Shown here piece after piece: positions 36,136 to 47,700 of a stretch of 64,000 nucleotides of DNA. This DNA comes from Leidyana gryllorum EB-2025a (Eukaryota > Protista > Apicomplexa). The position numbers and the translations under genes are program-made. The stretch spans positions 489,169-553,168 of the forward strand of contig JBLWGC010000043.1 of NCBI GenBank assembly GCA_048772705.1, written 5' to 3'. Position 1 is the first letter of the stretch; each line of letters starts with the position of its first letter. Below the pieces are notes generated by a model. That model saw nothing but the letters and a program-made list of their open reading frames with translations, had not been told where the DNA came from and did no database searches.

Positions 36136-37452
36136 TCAATACTCTTTGGCAATCCACTCTGTGTCAGGCAAGAATTCCAAAAGGCGTTGAGCGAGAAGGT
36201 GAACGGGTTCCATGGCATCGATCTTGGCTTTGATCTCGTCATCGTCCATTCCACGATGGGCAGCTCGAATACGTGCTTGAGCTCGGAGGACCGCGTCGTC
36301 GAATACTATCTGTTGTTCCTCATCAGTCAGCCGCAAGAATCCGTGCAGCCCTTCGAAGACCTCAGCGTTCTCAGCTTGCCATTTGAAGGTATCGGCAACG
36401 GCTTGCTGTAGTTCACGCATCTCCGGATCACTCAAACGCTTCCATCCAGTCACAAAGGTCTCTTCAGGGATGGGTCGGTAGGCAAAGAGAGGAGGCTGGA
36501 TGAGATAGGCCTTCTTCTGCATAGTGGCCGTGACGAGAAGGTCGATACGGCAGTTACGAACATTCTCAGGCCGTTGGGCACAATCGAAAACATCTTTGGT
36601 ACGATCGTCCATGGAATCCAGTCCATACCTTCGGTACCGCGCCAACATGGCTTCCATGCCGCTACGGGTCCAAAAGGCGGCACCGTTGCCGCGAGCGGCC
36701 GGGGTGGACTGCTTCAATCTTGTCAGAGGCATTCCGCGTTTCCATGCAATGTAGGCTGTCCGCCAGTCGTGACGTTCGGGATAGTGGTAAGCCAAGTTTA
36801 CGGTGGCCCAGTTGGCCCGGCCCTGAACAGTGGTGTCGATGACTCGCAGATACTCATCAAAGTCGGCGTCCCAGTAGATACTGACAGCTGGAGAAATGGA
36901 ATCCCTCATCAGCACCACCTCATCCGCGCCGGATCGATAGGCTTCAGCCATCATTTTCATGTATGATTGGAATTGACTCATTTCGATGGCATTAGTCCCC
37001 AACTTGCGCAGAGAACCAGCAATGTCGTCCCCTTGGTTACTGGCAAAACCAAGGAACTCGCGTAAAAGCTCTTCAGTAGGCGTGTTGGGGTAGGAGGGCA
37101 CAAACGTCAATTTCCCCGTTGGTGCGAACCCGATCTCCATCAATTGCCGCTTTATTGGTGAAGCAGCTTCGTCACATGTGTAATACATCGGTAATTGAGT
37201 TTTAAACATCCCCCGAATCATGGGAGGCATTTCGTCTTCCGGTACATCGGTCAGACGCTCAGATACCTCCCTCAACATATCCAACTCGGCTGACGTTAGA
37301 TTCATCGGCTTATGCTGCTCCCCATATTGTAATGGTGATGATGACTTTACCACCCAGTTTCGGTAACTTGAGAATAGCAATAAAGTGACCACGGCAGCAA
37401 GTCCCAGGAACAGTGGTGTTCCAACCACCACCTTTGGCAGCCTTGCAGACAT
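36136..37452 (-). CDS. Type II membrane protein, glycosyltransferase family 25-like
   Basis: N-terminal TM anchor; GAAFWTRSGMEAMLARY, IDLLV and AYLIQPPLF resemble GT25, but the EDD motif reads MRDS. Confidence 0.45.
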   Translation of the reverse strand: MSARLPKVVVGTPLFLGLAAVVTLLLFSSYRNWVVKSSSPLQYGEQHKPMNLTSAELDMLREVSERLTDVPEDEMPPMIRGMFKTQLPMYYTCDEAASPIKRQLMEIGFAPTGKLTFVPSYPNTPTEELLREFLGFASNQGDDIAGSLRKLGTNAIEMSQFQSYMKMMAEAYRSGADEVVLMRDSISPAVSIYWDADFDEYLRVIDTTVQGRANWATVNLAYHYPERHDWRTAYIAWKRGMPLTRLKQSTPAARGNGAAFWTRSGMEAMLARYRRYGLDSMDDRTKDVFDCAQRPENVRNCRIDLLVTATMQKKAYLIQPPLFAYRPIPEETFVTGWKRLSDPEMRELQQAVADTFKWQAENAEVFEGLHGFLRLTDEEQQIVFDDAVLRAQARIRAAHRGMDDDEIKAKIDAMEPVHLLAQRLLEFLPDTEWIAKEY

Positions 37453-37485
37453 TCCACTCGCACCAACAAAATCAAAATCAAAACA

Positions 37486-37818
37486 TCACTCAGTTTTGGC
37501 TTTCCTACAAGGGTGATTCGCAGCTGTCTACCCAACCCCCCCTTTCCTGCACTCACGCCATCAGCTTCTTCTTCATTTCCTCATGCACTGCAGGATTGAT
37601 CACTTCCTGCTTCGCTAGACTATGCCCGGCTGCAGCCAATCACTCCTATCTATGGTTACTTATATCGTAGCTAACCTTTTCTATTCTCAGGTTTGGCACC
37701 ACCAGCTCTGTGCAGATCTCTATGTATACACACAATATAACGGCTGCGCTCACTGAGGCGGTTGCTGATCCTGCCCTGCCGTCTTGGCTTCGTTGGATTG
37801 TTCCTGATTGTCTGCCAT
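37486..37818 (-). CDS. Predicted 62-aa four-exon microprotein absent from the ORF track
   Basis: Exons 37818-37754, 37707-37676, 37629-37557, 37504-37486; three GT-AG introns of 46, 46 and 52 nt keep the frame open. Confidence 0.6.
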
Positions 37819-37929
37819 CGCTCAATATGGGGGTGCACCTTCCCGGTCCGGCCGGCGCAAAGTGATTGATCGTTCGATCGTTCGATCGATCGTACTTTTT
37901 GTGTGCATTCAGCGCTCAGTGTACGCCGC

Positions 37930-39675
37930 TCACTCCCAGAGTTTGATGCGACCATCCCAACCGCATGTCGCCACCTACAAATGTCCACAGTTTACACCGA
38001 CAAGAGCTGATCGACTTACCATCGACTTCTTATGGGGATGCCATATAGCTGACATACACGGTCCTTCGTGGGCTGTCAAGCTGCGGTAGACCTTTGAGGT
38101 CTTCCAATCCCAGAACCAACAGCGACCTCCGCTGTCCCCACTGATCAAGAAAGCCGCATCTGGCGAGAATCCGGGCAGAATCGCATATCCCGTGCAAGCG
38201 TGTCCTCTGAACCGTTTGCGGCTCTGTAGTCGGAAGCGTCCGCGACCCTCATAGACGACGATCTGGTTATCCATGGATTGGCAAGCGAGGAACTTGCCAT
38301 ATGGGTCCAATTGCACTGCTGGCATGGCGTGCATATACGGTTCGGCGATGTGTTTGACAACGACTCCAATGCCGAACTCCCAGACGAACATCTTCTTGTC
38401 GTCCGCGGTAGTAACTAGTTTCTGACCGTTTTCGCAGAAGGTCACTGAATTTACAGCTGCGAGATGCTCATTGTATTCCTGGACTATTTGCCCAGTGTTG
38501 GAGTCATATTGAACAGCTTTCTTGTTCTGACTAGCGCAGATTACCACATTCTGCATTGCCGGATCGGGGTGCACGGAGACGCAATAGGGCAACTTGTCGT
38601 TTCCGAAGGTATTGATGACTTTGCCATACTCTGTATCCCACAGCTTGACGGTGGTGTCAAAGGAGCAGGAGTAAAACTTGGACCCATCGGTTGTGAAATT
38701 GATATCTCGAACAGCTTTAGTATGGGACATATAGGTAGCGACACACTTGCGGTGATCGTCCACGCTCCAGATGCGGCACGTGTTATCCATTCCAGCCGAC
38801 AGAATGAGATGGGCAGACTTGGGAAACCATTTGATGCGATTGATACCCTTAGTATGTCCAACATACGTGTGGATTGTTTTCTTCGGAAGGGCGTAATTGG
38901 AAGGTTCGCCTTCCTCTCCGGGCATAACAGCCCCTTGCAGAGGCGGCGCAGCAATCCAAGAGCGTCCCTGGTAATCGTATAGATTTTTGAGATGGAATTG
39001 GACAGTAGGGGCATCGGGATCGACTTGGGGTTTGGGCGGGATTATGTTTGCCAACGCTTTCTCATGTTCCTTATTCTCGGCAGCTTTCGCATTCAGCTCC
39101 TCGGACATAAGCCGGAGTTTCTGTCTGCGTTCTTCTTCCCCCTGGTAAGGAGCCCAAGGGCCCAGAAACTCGGCCGACGCAGGATCATCATTACGAAGAC
39201 GTTTTCGGGTTACGGGCGGTAGAGTGACCCCACAGCTTTCAGCCAACTTGTTCTGTTGTTCGACTTCTGTTTGAGTGGCAGTGCGGCACTTTTCACTGTT
39301 TGACGCCATATCCTCTAACCTTCGGGCTTCGAATTCTGATGCTATCGAGATGGCTTCGTCGCGGGTGCATTCTCTCAAATGCCCCATCTCATGATTACGG
39401 TGTTTTCGATATAATCCGCCTGGACGATTCTGTCCGGGGGCGAGCGGCCCATAGAGAGGTTTCAGCTGTTGCGCTTCTGCGGGAGAGGCCCGAGCCAAAA
39501 CATCGGTAGGCTTGACTGCTACTTCAGGTTCCAAAGGCCGTATGGATTGATTCTCGAAAGCCACCAAGTCTCTCTTGGTGAAGTCTCTGACAAATGCCTC
39601 ATACGGAGTGTCATTTGTCCTATCTCCACTGTCAGAGTCGGAGCCTTCTGGATAGCCCTCCAGCAACGACTCCAT
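37930..39675 (-). CDS. CDC40: Pre-mRNA splicing factor Prp17/CDC40 (WD40), 2 exons
   Basis: FLGPWAPY, YDYQGRSW, GHTKGI, WEFGI.VVVKHIAEPYMHAMP, CQSMDNQI; final exon VATCGWDGRIKLWE*. Confidence 0.95.
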
Positions 39676-39735
39676 TTTTTTTGCTTAGTTTGATGGCTCT
39701 TGACAGACTTGCCAGTCTAACAGACTCACCCTGCC

Positions 39736-41091
39736 ATGACTATTAACTCGCCCATAAGTTTACGATTGCCGCGTATGACAATTCCGCCCTCCGCCGATGT
39801 CAACGGTGCAGATTTGCCAAGCGCGAGGCAAAGGCACTTCCAGATTGCCCCTCGGAGAGTCACCCTCCTGTGTGAACGGCCCGACAGAAGACGATCGACG
39901 TTACTTTTGGGTCAACGGAAGCAGACGATGCTGTATCCCGCGGAGCCCATTTCAGGGTCGCCGGAATCATCTGATCCGAATCGACAGTACCATCATGTCA
40001 AAGCCCACAGTTCCCACTGTTTCGCGATGCCGATGGGTCAGCCGCCGGATCAAGGCGTTCTGGAGGGAGACCCGGAAGGCGGGTTGATGGGGTCGGACTG
40101 CGAAGAGTCGTCTTCTTCCTGTCAGCGGGCTGTGCCGAGTGCTCACACCCACATCAGAGGTGGATCGAGTTCGTCTACAGTGCACTCGAACAAGAGTCAC
40201 CCAGCCGTGGCCCCGCTTGGCCCCACGGGATCGGCTGTGAAGGCACCGCAGCAAATGTGGGTTCCAGTCCACTCGGCCCGATCATCGGGTCTCGATGTGC
40301 GACGACGAGTCTCGGCAGTCACGAGGGAAGGCGGAGGCGGAGGCGGGGGCGGGGGGTCTGTGCATCACCACAGTCGGCCGCAAACGACTACAACGTACAA
40401 TCGCACACGGGATGTGTGGGGAGAACCGCTACAGTGTCCTGGTCGTGCGTCTGTGAATGGGTACCATCACTATGTGTGCATTTATTGTGCCCGTCATCTC
40501 AAAGGCATTGAAACTGAACTGTCTACGGTAGCTTCTAGCGTTGTGCATCAGTTAGCCACCCCAGAACACGAACCCCGGAGTGTTGGAATACCAGGTGACA
40601 GCGAGGAATCCTCACAGGTTTCATCGATAGGTGGAACAGCGCCCTTTGTACCTCTGCCCCGCACAGACGCTGAGACCGATCTCCATCCGTCTGTTCGGTA
40701 CCGTCCTCGGCGAGTGATACTGCAGCGAGGGAGCGGTCGTATCTCGCCGGGGTCCGAGGAGCTTCCCCCCCACCAGGTCGAGCAACCGATTTTGATGACA
40801 GATTTCAACAATACTCTGCCACCGGAACTGTTGCTGCAGGGCGTAGGAGGCCGGAACAGTGGGAGTTGGGATGTACGTCGATCGCACGGGTCTCCGTTTT
40901 TCACCAGTGAGAGTGACACTTCAGGTCAGACGAATGCCGCTCTTGCGTCTGGATCAAGAAATAGCAGAATCTTCATGTTTGATGGCGCCTTTCCCCCAAT
41001 TTTCTCGCCTCCCGGTGTTCACACAGTTCAGCAGCCCAATATGAAGGTGCCAAATACGAGCCCCACCCAACTTCGCCACCACCTGCCCTAA
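39736..41091 (+). CDS. Hypothetical, largely disordered protein
   Basis: 451-codon ORF, S/G/P-rich, with one CxxC (CIYC). Confidence 0.5.
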   Translation: MTINSPISLRLPRMTIPPSADVNGADLPSARQRHFQIAPRRVTLLCERPDRRRSTLLLGQRKQTMLYPAEPISGSPESSDPNRQYHHVKAHSSHCFAMPMGQPPDQGVLEGDPEGGLMGSDCEESSSSCQRAVPSAHTHIRGGSSSSTVHSNKSHPAVAPLGPTGSAVKAPQQMWVPVHSARSSGLDVRRRVSAVTREGGGGGGGGGSVHHHSRPQTTTTYNRTRDVWGEPLQCPGRASVNGYHHYVCIYCARHLKGIETELSTVASSVVHQLATPEHEPRSVGIPGDSEESSQVSSIGGTAPFVPLPRTDAETDLHPSVRYRPRRVILQRGSGRISPGSEELPPHQVEQPILMTDFNNTLPPELLLQGVGGRNSGSWDVRRSHGSPFFTSESDTSGQTNAALASGSRNSRIFMFDGAFPPIFSPPGVHTVQQPNMKVPNTSPTQLRHHLP

Positions 41092-41142
41092 CATGCGAGG
41101 AGGAGGAGCGAAAGATTTTTTCGGACTTCCCCCAACAACGAG

Positions 41143-41980
41143 ATGGCCGACTCCATACTTAACATACAACACAAACCATTCAAGTATGTCCTAATCCCCA
41201 CTGACCCCGCTGAACCCGTGAAGGCACTGGAATTTCCCGGCGGAACCGAAGCCGACTTTCAAAATCTGATGAAAGCGCACTTCACACGGACAAAGCTGGA
41301 GGACGCGGGCCGCAAAGAACTGGCCGAGACGTTGACTGCAGAGGGAAAACGACAGACGGAAGCCCAAGATAAGCCAACAAATCTGGAAAAGTACGATTTC
41401 GAGGCATTGGCCTCCCAAGCTGCCAGCACCTACCAAATCATTCCCCTGGTACTGCCCACCAAATCAAATGGATGGCGTGCCGTCAATGCCTACATTGACA
41501 ATGTCGGACGAGTGAAGCAGTTGGACAAAAACGCTCGCGCCAGCCGTATCACCAGTGATGATATCAGAGGCGATTGCTTCCTGTCGGAAACATTCGACGA
41601 CGAAGAAGACTTTCGCCGCGTGGACTTGACTGAAACACAGTATCAAGAACTCCTCGATAACCCACCCAGTGCCAAAAACCGATGGTCAGCGGAGACCGCC
41701 ATGGCTAACTTCACAGGACAGGGACAGCAAGTTATTCAAAAGGCGGCAGATGCCGAAAAGGAGAGGCAGGCTCGACTTGCCAAGTGTAATAGTTGTCAAG
41801 CCACCAAAATACCACTATCGCGGTGTGGCAGATGCAAACAGGTACTACCTATAATCTTTTCTCTCTCAACAACTACTTCTCTCACAGGTGGCTTATTGCT
41901 CCACTCAATGTCAGAAAGAGGATTGGCCCTTTCACAAACGAGTTTGTCAAGCGGCGCCGGTGCAACATACTGCTAAATAA
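41143..41980 (+). CDS. MYND zinc-finger protein, 2 exons
   Basis: Splicing gives CNSC...RCGRCKQ|VAYCSTQCQKEDWPFHKRVC. Confidence 0.88.
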
Positions 41981-41981
41981 T

Positions 41982-43448
41982 TTAAGCGACAACTGCGGAC
42001 TTGGGAGGTGGAACGAGTTCGGTCGGTGCAGCGGTAACCGAAGGTGACGATGACGACTTGTCCTCCCCAACTTCTTCACTTTCCGCTGGAATAACTTGGC
42101 CTGTGGCCATCACAGTCTGTGGCAAACGCATATCTCCTTGTGGAACCACCTGTGCCAATACTTCGCGCTGCTGATCACGCAGCCGAGCTTGGAACGAATT
42201 GAACTGCACCGATACTTGTGGAACAAACTCAGCACCTTCAACCCCATCAATCATTAGCTTTAAACGCTGCCGAACATCATTTCGGAGTCCGTTGTGGTCA
42301 CCATTTGTGACCCACACACCGATAACCAGTTCCTGAGATTCACAAAGCTATCAGTGACGAACATTTCGGAGTTATACTCGGGCGACAACACATTGGAACC
42401 CACAGACAGCATGGAGACACGACGAATGGCATACATCTAACACAGAACGACCAGTCATATGTGTGCGACCGGTCGCTCGCACTCCCAAACACCCACACAC
42501 ACAGATACGTTTGGCAGATGGAAAGGGCAAAATATCGCAAATATAGACCAGTGGCGAGTGCCGACGGAACTTGAGTAGCATTAGAATGCACGTAATTGGA
42601 GGGTATATGCATATAGACGTCGCTTTATGTAATCTTACCCTCGATCGAACACTACAAACAGCTCCCACAATCTCCGGCAGTTCAAAATTCTCTCCAATGA
42701 GGTTAAGCACACACTCTTCCCATAGGGCATCGACGAACTGGCCCAATTGCGAATCTTTGTCGACAGATGTGGGAGCTTTTGCGGGATTGTTGGTCGAAGA
42801 CGCTGGGCGACGGTTTCCACGAGGTCCACCTCTTTCTCGCCGAATGCGCATGACGAATCTTCCGCCATTTGGGAATGCCTGTTTAAAAAGTGAATAAGAA
42901 CAAGCGTGGGCGGGGGCTTTTGGCCCCGTTGTTTCGAGCTTACCTCCCACATTGGTTTCATATACTTCCTGAAGATGGCTAGGTTGCTCTCCGGGCCCAT
43001 TTGTGAGGGTTTCTCAAGACCTGACCATACTCTGCGGGGAGGGGAGGAGCGATAGTGAGTATTTTGCAGGGAGCACTCACTTGAAGAATTGCTCTACTGT
43101 ACCGAAGTGCGCGTGTTCTTTCAAGTCGCGCTCATAAAGATTTGCTGCAGCACTGGCAGGTGAAAGACCTCCTGCATCCTTTTCGAGGAGCTGCTGGCGA
43201 CACAAAGCTGTAATCTTTGTTCCTGTGACTCGGGGGTAACTCCAGATTGTCCACTCGGTCTCTAAGGCGTGTTCGCCGGGTGGGCAATCGATAGTGGCGG
43301 AGTGGCGGTGTTCAGGTGGGCGAAAAGGATTGGTGGGCTCTTTGGGTCTTGTGTGGATAGTGGGGGCCCATTTTCGGCCTACAGACGACCAAGTTGGGGG
43401 AGTAGCCCGCGAGTCTTCCCCTCCTGCGTCTAATGGTTTGGAAGCCAT
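41982..43448 (-). CDS. eIF4E-family cap-binding protein, multi-exon
   Basis: HALETEWTIW, FGTVEQF, IFRKYMKPMWE, NGGRF, WEECVLNLIGENF, GAVCSVR, IGVWV. Confidence 0.88.
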
Positions 43449-43499
43449 AATAAAGAATTTTGTGTGGATCTTTTCTGGCGAGGGACCAATCGTTAAGGA

Positions 43500-43775
43500 A
43501 TGCGAGAACCCTGCCTATCCGTATGCGCAGGAGTGTCGGTGTTTTCGGCTCTACTACTTCTACTGTGGGCGATCGCACTCAGAACTCATGTGATCACCCT
43601 CGAACACATCCCCTCGTCCAATAAGGAGAGCACAGCAAACAGTTTCATTGGAGCGGCGCTGATATATGTCGCTGTTGCCGCGTTGTGCCTGTGGCAATTA
43701 TTCAGATTCGATCCCTCAGCCCTCCAAGGTGCGTACACCCTCCTTGCCCCCACAAAACTACACCCTCTCTGCTAA
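43500..43775 (+). CDS. Small 2-TM protein resembling RNASEK / V-ATPase subunit f; may continue in downstream exons to about 44373
   Basis: CLSVC..SVFSALLL...ANSFIGAALIY...LCLWQ pattern. Confidence 0.5.
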   Translation: MREPCLSVCAGVSVFSALLLLLWAIALRTHVITLEHIPSSNKESTANSFIGAALIYVAVAALCLWQLFRFDPSALQGAYTLLAPTKLHPLC

Positions 43776-44415
43776 CAGCGAGGACGGCGGCGACGATGAC
43801 CGATCGGCACCTCTGTCGTCGCTGTTGGGTGAATGTGTGTCTCATCGATCTCATTACATTAACTGGTGCTATGCAAAATGTCGCTGGAATGAGCGGTCCC
43901 AGCGACAATCTTCTCTCCTTGTTGGTGGCGGCACCGAGGCAGAGTGTCACCCTTCTGATATGTGCCTCTGCCTCGTCCTGCTGCTCGCTTGCCTCTCTCT
44001 CTCTCTCTTTCGCTGTCTCTCTCGCTTTCTGGTCTCTCTCTTGCACTTTCTCACTTGCACACACTCTTCTCTCACTTACACACACTCTTTCTGTCCCGTG
44101 TCTCCAAGTGTGTGTGTGGTCCCTTTTGTGTGTTCAGTTCGCGCGCGCGTCTGGTGCCAATTCCAGTCTGCAGATTCTAAACTCCTGGAAGATGCCGAGG
44201 CCAAATTAGCTGATCGCGCACCTAGATTGTCTGAAGCAGCAAGAAAGCTGGCCGTTAGAGTGCGGCGGGACTTGCACAGTACGGGTTTGGCAGATCCTTT
44301 GTTGGAGGATGCCGGCCAACTGTCACTACATTTGCGAGCTTTGAAGGAAAACACTCATCAGGGGCGTCGATGAAGCGTCATTTTTTATATATAACGAATG
44401 AAAAGGAGCTACAAA

Positions 44416-44673
44416 TCAGCAGCAAGCACCTCTTGGCTTCTTGTGAAAGGTTTTGGTGGTAGGCCTGCTATTGAGCAGGGGCGGGGCCCAGTTTACCATT
44501 CCAGCAACCAGGGCAGCACTCTCTGGGTCGTCGATGAGGTCCCTCGTCAAAGTCTGGAAGTTATGGGGTACGGGCGCCGTAAGTGATGCAGACGAGGAAC
44601 AGCTCGACGATGACGAGCTACTGGGGGTGGAAGAAGAGTAGGACGACGAGGATGTAGTAGATCCGTGCCTCAT
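44416..44673 (-). CDS. Small Ser-rich protein ending in a polybasic stretch plus CC
   Basis: 85-codon ORF filling a gap between plus-strand genes; C-terminus KKPRGACC*. Confidence 0.45.
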   Translation of the reverse strand: MRHGSTTSSSSYSSSTPSSSSSSSCSSSASLTAPVPHNFQTLTRDLIDDPESAALVAGMVNWAPPLLNSRPTTKTFHKKPRGACC

Positions 44674-44786
44674 GGCGACGAAAAATTATTGTGTGGACCT
44701 TTAGCGTAGCAAGAGCGAGCGAGCTGCAAGAGCGCCAGTCACTAATGTTGAACGTTCCAAAATCGGGGAGACTATCCAACATTTGA

Positions 44787-47700
44787 ATGGCTGGAGAAAG
44801 AGTGCCACCAGAAACAGGACCTGCCTCTGAAGTAAGCCCACTCTAACACACCCAACAACGACATTTATTTCAGCCTTTCCATCTGGTGGCACTACTTTCG
44901 GATCTTCGGTCCTCGCTCTCAGATGTGCTGCATAGTACTCGCTGGCTTCCTTCCTCCCAGAGAGACAATTATTCCCCCCCTGACCTGTAAGTCCTCCGCT
45001 CCGCAGATATGCACACCACCCCTCAGAGATGATCTGGAGGACCAAATCCCACCTCCTCTCCTACGTGAAAGCTGTTCGGGAGCCGCGGATGTCTTTCTCC
45101 ATCGTCAATGGCGCTTGAGCGCGGCGCAAACCTTCGCACACGCCGTCACCGCTACTCTCAAACAGAAACGTCAAGCGGATACATCTTGGCGAACCCGGGC
45201 TCTCAATAACGCTGCACGAGCCTTCTGGCTCGAAGCGGCTTCTCAACGGTCCTGGCCCTCCAAACTCGCCAAGGTGCGCCTCGCTTGTGAAGTGCCTGTG
45301 TTCGAACGGCCGACCCCTGACTCCTCGCCGCCCCTCCGCGCAGGCTCTAAGCGCCTCCGCTCACCGAACTTCCGGTCTGGGCGCGAGAAACGGAGGCGGT
45401 CGAATACCAATGACATTGTTGTTCCTGCGGTTAACACACGTACGGTGACGGGGGACGCCTCATCGCTCGTCTTTGGCCTTTCTGTCGCCGACCTCCCCGC
45501 TACAGATACTGTTTGGGACTCTCGTGATCGCAGCACACGCACTTCGTCACCATCAGAGGTGGATCGATATGCACAGCGCTATATATATGATATGCTTCGG
45601 CCCTGTCTCGGCGACTTTGAACCCACCAGCAGCAGCCCCAGCCCGCCAGCAGCCGCCGTTGAAGCTTCTCCAGACCCATCTGTTCCGGGACCAGAGCGAG
45701 AGCCGCAGCTTGTTCGGACCCGGATAAGGGTACCATGTCCGCGTTACAAACCCCCCAATGAAGGTGAGAGGCCGGAGACTCTTTGTGATGCATAAATCGT
45801 TGTTCCCCCACCATCAGCAGTCGGACCAGTCATAATGCCCTCCAAAGCCGTTGACACTGCTCGCGAGCTTGTATGGGCGAATAAGTCGAATTTGATCTTG
45901 TCACAGTACCCAGCTCTGCTTGAAAGTATCGCAGACCCCGGAGTCATTTGGCCCGAGAAGTCGTGGTGCCCTCCGAATGCGCCTCCCGCAGAGCTCGTAG
46001 AAATTGTAACGTCCAAAACGTGTGGAGACTTTAGGAGGAGTGCGTGGGCAAGTCGAAAGGTTGTGTGCGAGTCGGTATTACGCGTTCAGGCGGTTCGTTC
46101 GAAGGTTGCGGACGGCAGTCGCCGGAGTCTCCAAGTAGTCACAGCCAAGCTGCACGAAGCTCAAACTATGGATACCACAGTAGCGGTGATCTCGCCGCAT
46201 ACCGTCGCTGACATAGGGCTTATGGCGGCAATAACTCTCACTGGATGGACCTGGCCGCCGGAATTAGTGTCTGCGTGGATCACTATGTGTCGATTCCGAC
46301 AGCTGCAGACTGTCGGGAGCATGCGGCTATCCGCAGAACTCAAACAGCGTGTCATGTCTTTCACCAAGAATGTGGAGGATATGGGGGTCATTGACGACAA
46401 TGTGAACATAACACCTCTCATAATCCAGGATTATGCTGCGCACGTCGTTGCAAAGATTGGAGAACCAGCCGAGTGGGCCAACAAAGTCATCGGAGAATTA
46501 GTACGCTTCACTCAAGTTGGAGGCTCGTGGTCGGAAGTCACTGATCCCAAACGACCCGCCACACTCGTCTTACCCCTCGAGGCTCTCTACTTTGTCATAA
46601 GACGTAATAATCGGGAAAAACGGAGGGGACGAGCGGCTGTGGAAGCTCGCCGCTCGGGCTTCGACTTGGAAAGAGCCCTGCAACCTACGGAGACGCCCAC
46701 CGCACCAACAATACCTCCCGTGCCCGCGGTTTCAAGTCGGTACGCCGGACTCGTTAGTCGGCTGCCTTTATGGGCGAGTCCCTTTCGTAAAGCTGTTCTC
46801 GCTCCGAATCCTCGCGATCTATGGGACATAACTCTCCCTCTGCTCGGGGCTTTCAACCAATTCGGTGGAGCACTCATCAATGTTTCGGACCGTCGGTCTG
46901 ACCGCGCAGGTATGTTACACTTTGTCTTTGTGCCGCAGAGGAGCAATGGGTGAATCCAATTTATACTCTGCCCCCCCTCTCCTCCTCCTCAAACTCTCTC
47001 AGTCGTCTCGTCCTCAATTCTCCTATTCTCTTCAGATTTTGCGAGTCGTTTCATGACGCCGGAACAAATGGCAGACTTTCAGCGACCCATTCTCTTTGTT
47101 CGGATGACCCGATTTCTGCCGGTGGTGACCAACGACGTCGTGTCAGGCGGAGGGGGTGGGACGGAGAGTACGTCTCTGTCGGCTCGGTGCAATAAAGTGG
47201 CCATTGGTCCAACGTCTCCTGCTGCTGCCAGTGGATCCAACGAAGCTCAGGCGCTGTGTGCAGATCAAATGTCTCTTCCGACTACGGTATGCATCAAAGC
47301 CGCCAATCGGACGGGGAAGACTTTGGAGATAATTTGGGATCCGTATGAAGAGTATTACTTGTGGCGTGCCGTAGCGGACCAAGTTCGATATCGTTTCCGT
47401 GCACAGACCGACAGCGCTCGGCCAATCGATGACGAGTTCCTGAATCGGATGCATGAGGAGATGGTGGCTTATCTATCGCAATGGGGCACAGCAGTCAAAG
47501 CGTTGAGCTCCTCTGCAGGCGGGGGAGCCGGACTGCCGGGACGGAATCGCTGTTGGTGGCCCCGGATCGTTCACTACTTTGTTGACACGAATTGGGAGTA
47601 TGTGGCCCACGTAGTGAACACGAGTGTGTTGCCATTTGCCCGCTGCCGATCCTCGGAAGCGTGTAAGGCCAAATTCATTTCTCTTCTCTTCGAATACGTG

